From Cycas panzhihuaensis (Eukaryota > Plantae > Cycadophyta): 64,000 nucleotides of DNA. The translations under genes were made by a program, and so were the position numbers. Location of the stretch: the NCBI GenBank assembly GCA_023213395.1, contig CM041465.1:88047741-88111740 (forward strand). The letters are read 5' to 3'. The notes beneath the pieces were generated by a model. That model was not told the origin of the DNA, searched no databases, and was given only the letters and a program-made list of their open reading frames with translations. Each line of letters starts with the position of its first letter. Within the stretch, counting starts at the first letter, position 1. Shown here piece by piece: positions 62,815 through 64,000 of this stretch.

Positions 62815-63660
62815 AGGGCTTCAATGGCAGTAGTGGCTATAGTGGCAGTAGAAGAGGTGGCGATAGCCATGGCAGAGGAGGGAGCAGAGGTAGGGGATGC
62901 TTCGTAGCCGAAGAGATAAGAGAGATAGTGTAAGGGGCAGAGGAGAGAGGAGAAGTAGCTAAGGGAGCTCCTACAAAGGAGGTGGCCATCAGAGTCGAGG
63001 AGCCAACCATCCCAGGAGGTGAGACACTACCTTAACTCGATATCTTTTGATCACTAATTATTTAGATAGTTTTCTTTGATTTGATTTAGATACCTTCATA
63101 TATATATTGTTAGACTGACATATGGTAGGCATGGTTTGGCAAGTGCGGTGGAGATGAGGAGGTTATTAGAGGCAGTAGTCTAGGAGTTATTTCCCCTGGT
63201 CTATGCAAAGGGACAACCTCCCATCCTAGCCAGTGAGGAGCCTCAATCGGCAGGGTCATACACAACAGTATTTTCCCTGTTGATCAGGGCTAGAGATATG
63301 TAGGTGGTAGAGTCCCAGGGACACCAGGTGAGGATAGGATAGCTGGAGGGAGAGCTGGATGGACTCTGTGTAGAGAGGGACCAGTTAGCCATGGAGAGGT
63401 ACCAGATAGTTATGGAGAGGGATGCCTTACAAGGCCAGGCCTAGGAACTAGAGGCCTAGGGGAGAGGAGCAGCGGGCAGAGATACGAAGAGTGAGATCAG
63501 GATTTCCATGTTGGGGAGCGGCTATAGAGAGCATAGGGGAGAGAGATCGTATCCAAGCGAGATATGATCAGTTGGTAAAGTAGGCTGTCATCAAATCATC
63601 ACAAAGTAGATCTCACACTCATACAATGACGATGACCTAGAGGAGGCCTTATGATGATGG
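62815..63660 (+). pseudogene. Decayed RGG-rich plus coiled-coil ORF with an apparent intron; probable gypsy accessory ORF
   Basis: GSSGYSGSRRGGDSHGRGGSRGRG, then an AT-rich GT...AG block (63019-63128), then LEGELDGLCVERDQLAMERYQIVMERDALQGQA*ELEA. Confidence 0.5.
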
Positions 63661-64000
63661 GAGTGAGGCAGGGAGCTCACAATGACGTCAGAGGAGCCTA
63701 AGAGGTATGTGGTCTCTTGGCGAGGGGTCTCGTAGGTGAGGAGATGATACCCCCTAAGGGCAGGGCATTGATGAGCTTAATGTATTATTGATTTTAGGTA
63801 GGAAAGCATTGGACCTCCAAGGAGTCTCACCATATGTAGACACATGATTATACCCCTCCCTGCAAGGATTCTAGCTTCCTGAGGTATGATGTCTAAATGA
63901 TGTACTATATGACATTGTATGATATGATTTATGTGTATAGATAGGGGCCAATTAGTACCCCATTTGACCCATAATGATGGTATTGTGATGATTTTGTGAT

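Noticed and set aside
1-64000. Endogenous caulimovirus, env gene, Helitron or host gene; true fungal-type RIP
   Set aside because: No movement protein, coat protein, Rep/helicase or host-protein motifs were seen, and all RT fragments fit copia, gypsy or L1. Most C>T changes fit plant CG/CHG methylation, so RIP itself is not claimed.

Overview
This window is eukaryotic, AT-rich and almost entirely decayed retrotransposon DNA from a land plant. A large-genome seed plant such as a gymnosperm is likely, but that is inference from element types. I found no host gene, RNA gene or CRISPR array. The left 36 kb resolves into a nest defined by LTRs, PBS/PPT sites and target-site duplications (TSDs). 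A Ty3/gypsy remnant with an extra ORF hosts copia A (5095-36163, +). Copia A hosts copia B (6016-31212, -). Copia B hosts a solo LTR and two full-length, tail-to-tail L1-clade LINEs with RNase H (11353-22905 +; 23148-29413 -). The first LINE hosts copia C (16228-21497, +). The right half holds a ~250-bp palindrome with a third arm copy, a second extra-ORF remnant, a non-chromovirus gypsy, a chromovirus, an internally deleted copia (55939-59966, -), an LTR-like segment and an RGG/coiled-coil ORF remnant. All coding regions are pseudogenised, mostly by C>T/G>A transitions. I found no convincing new multi-gene system. The best leads are an uncharacterised accessory ORF family in the gypsy elements, a conserved LINE 3'UTR hairpin with a compensatory change, a Q/G/Y/F-rich prion-like segment in a copia Gag, unusually long copia leaders, and paired non-canonical TA LTR termini. 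Coordinates were read by eye, so degenerate boundaries are approximate.
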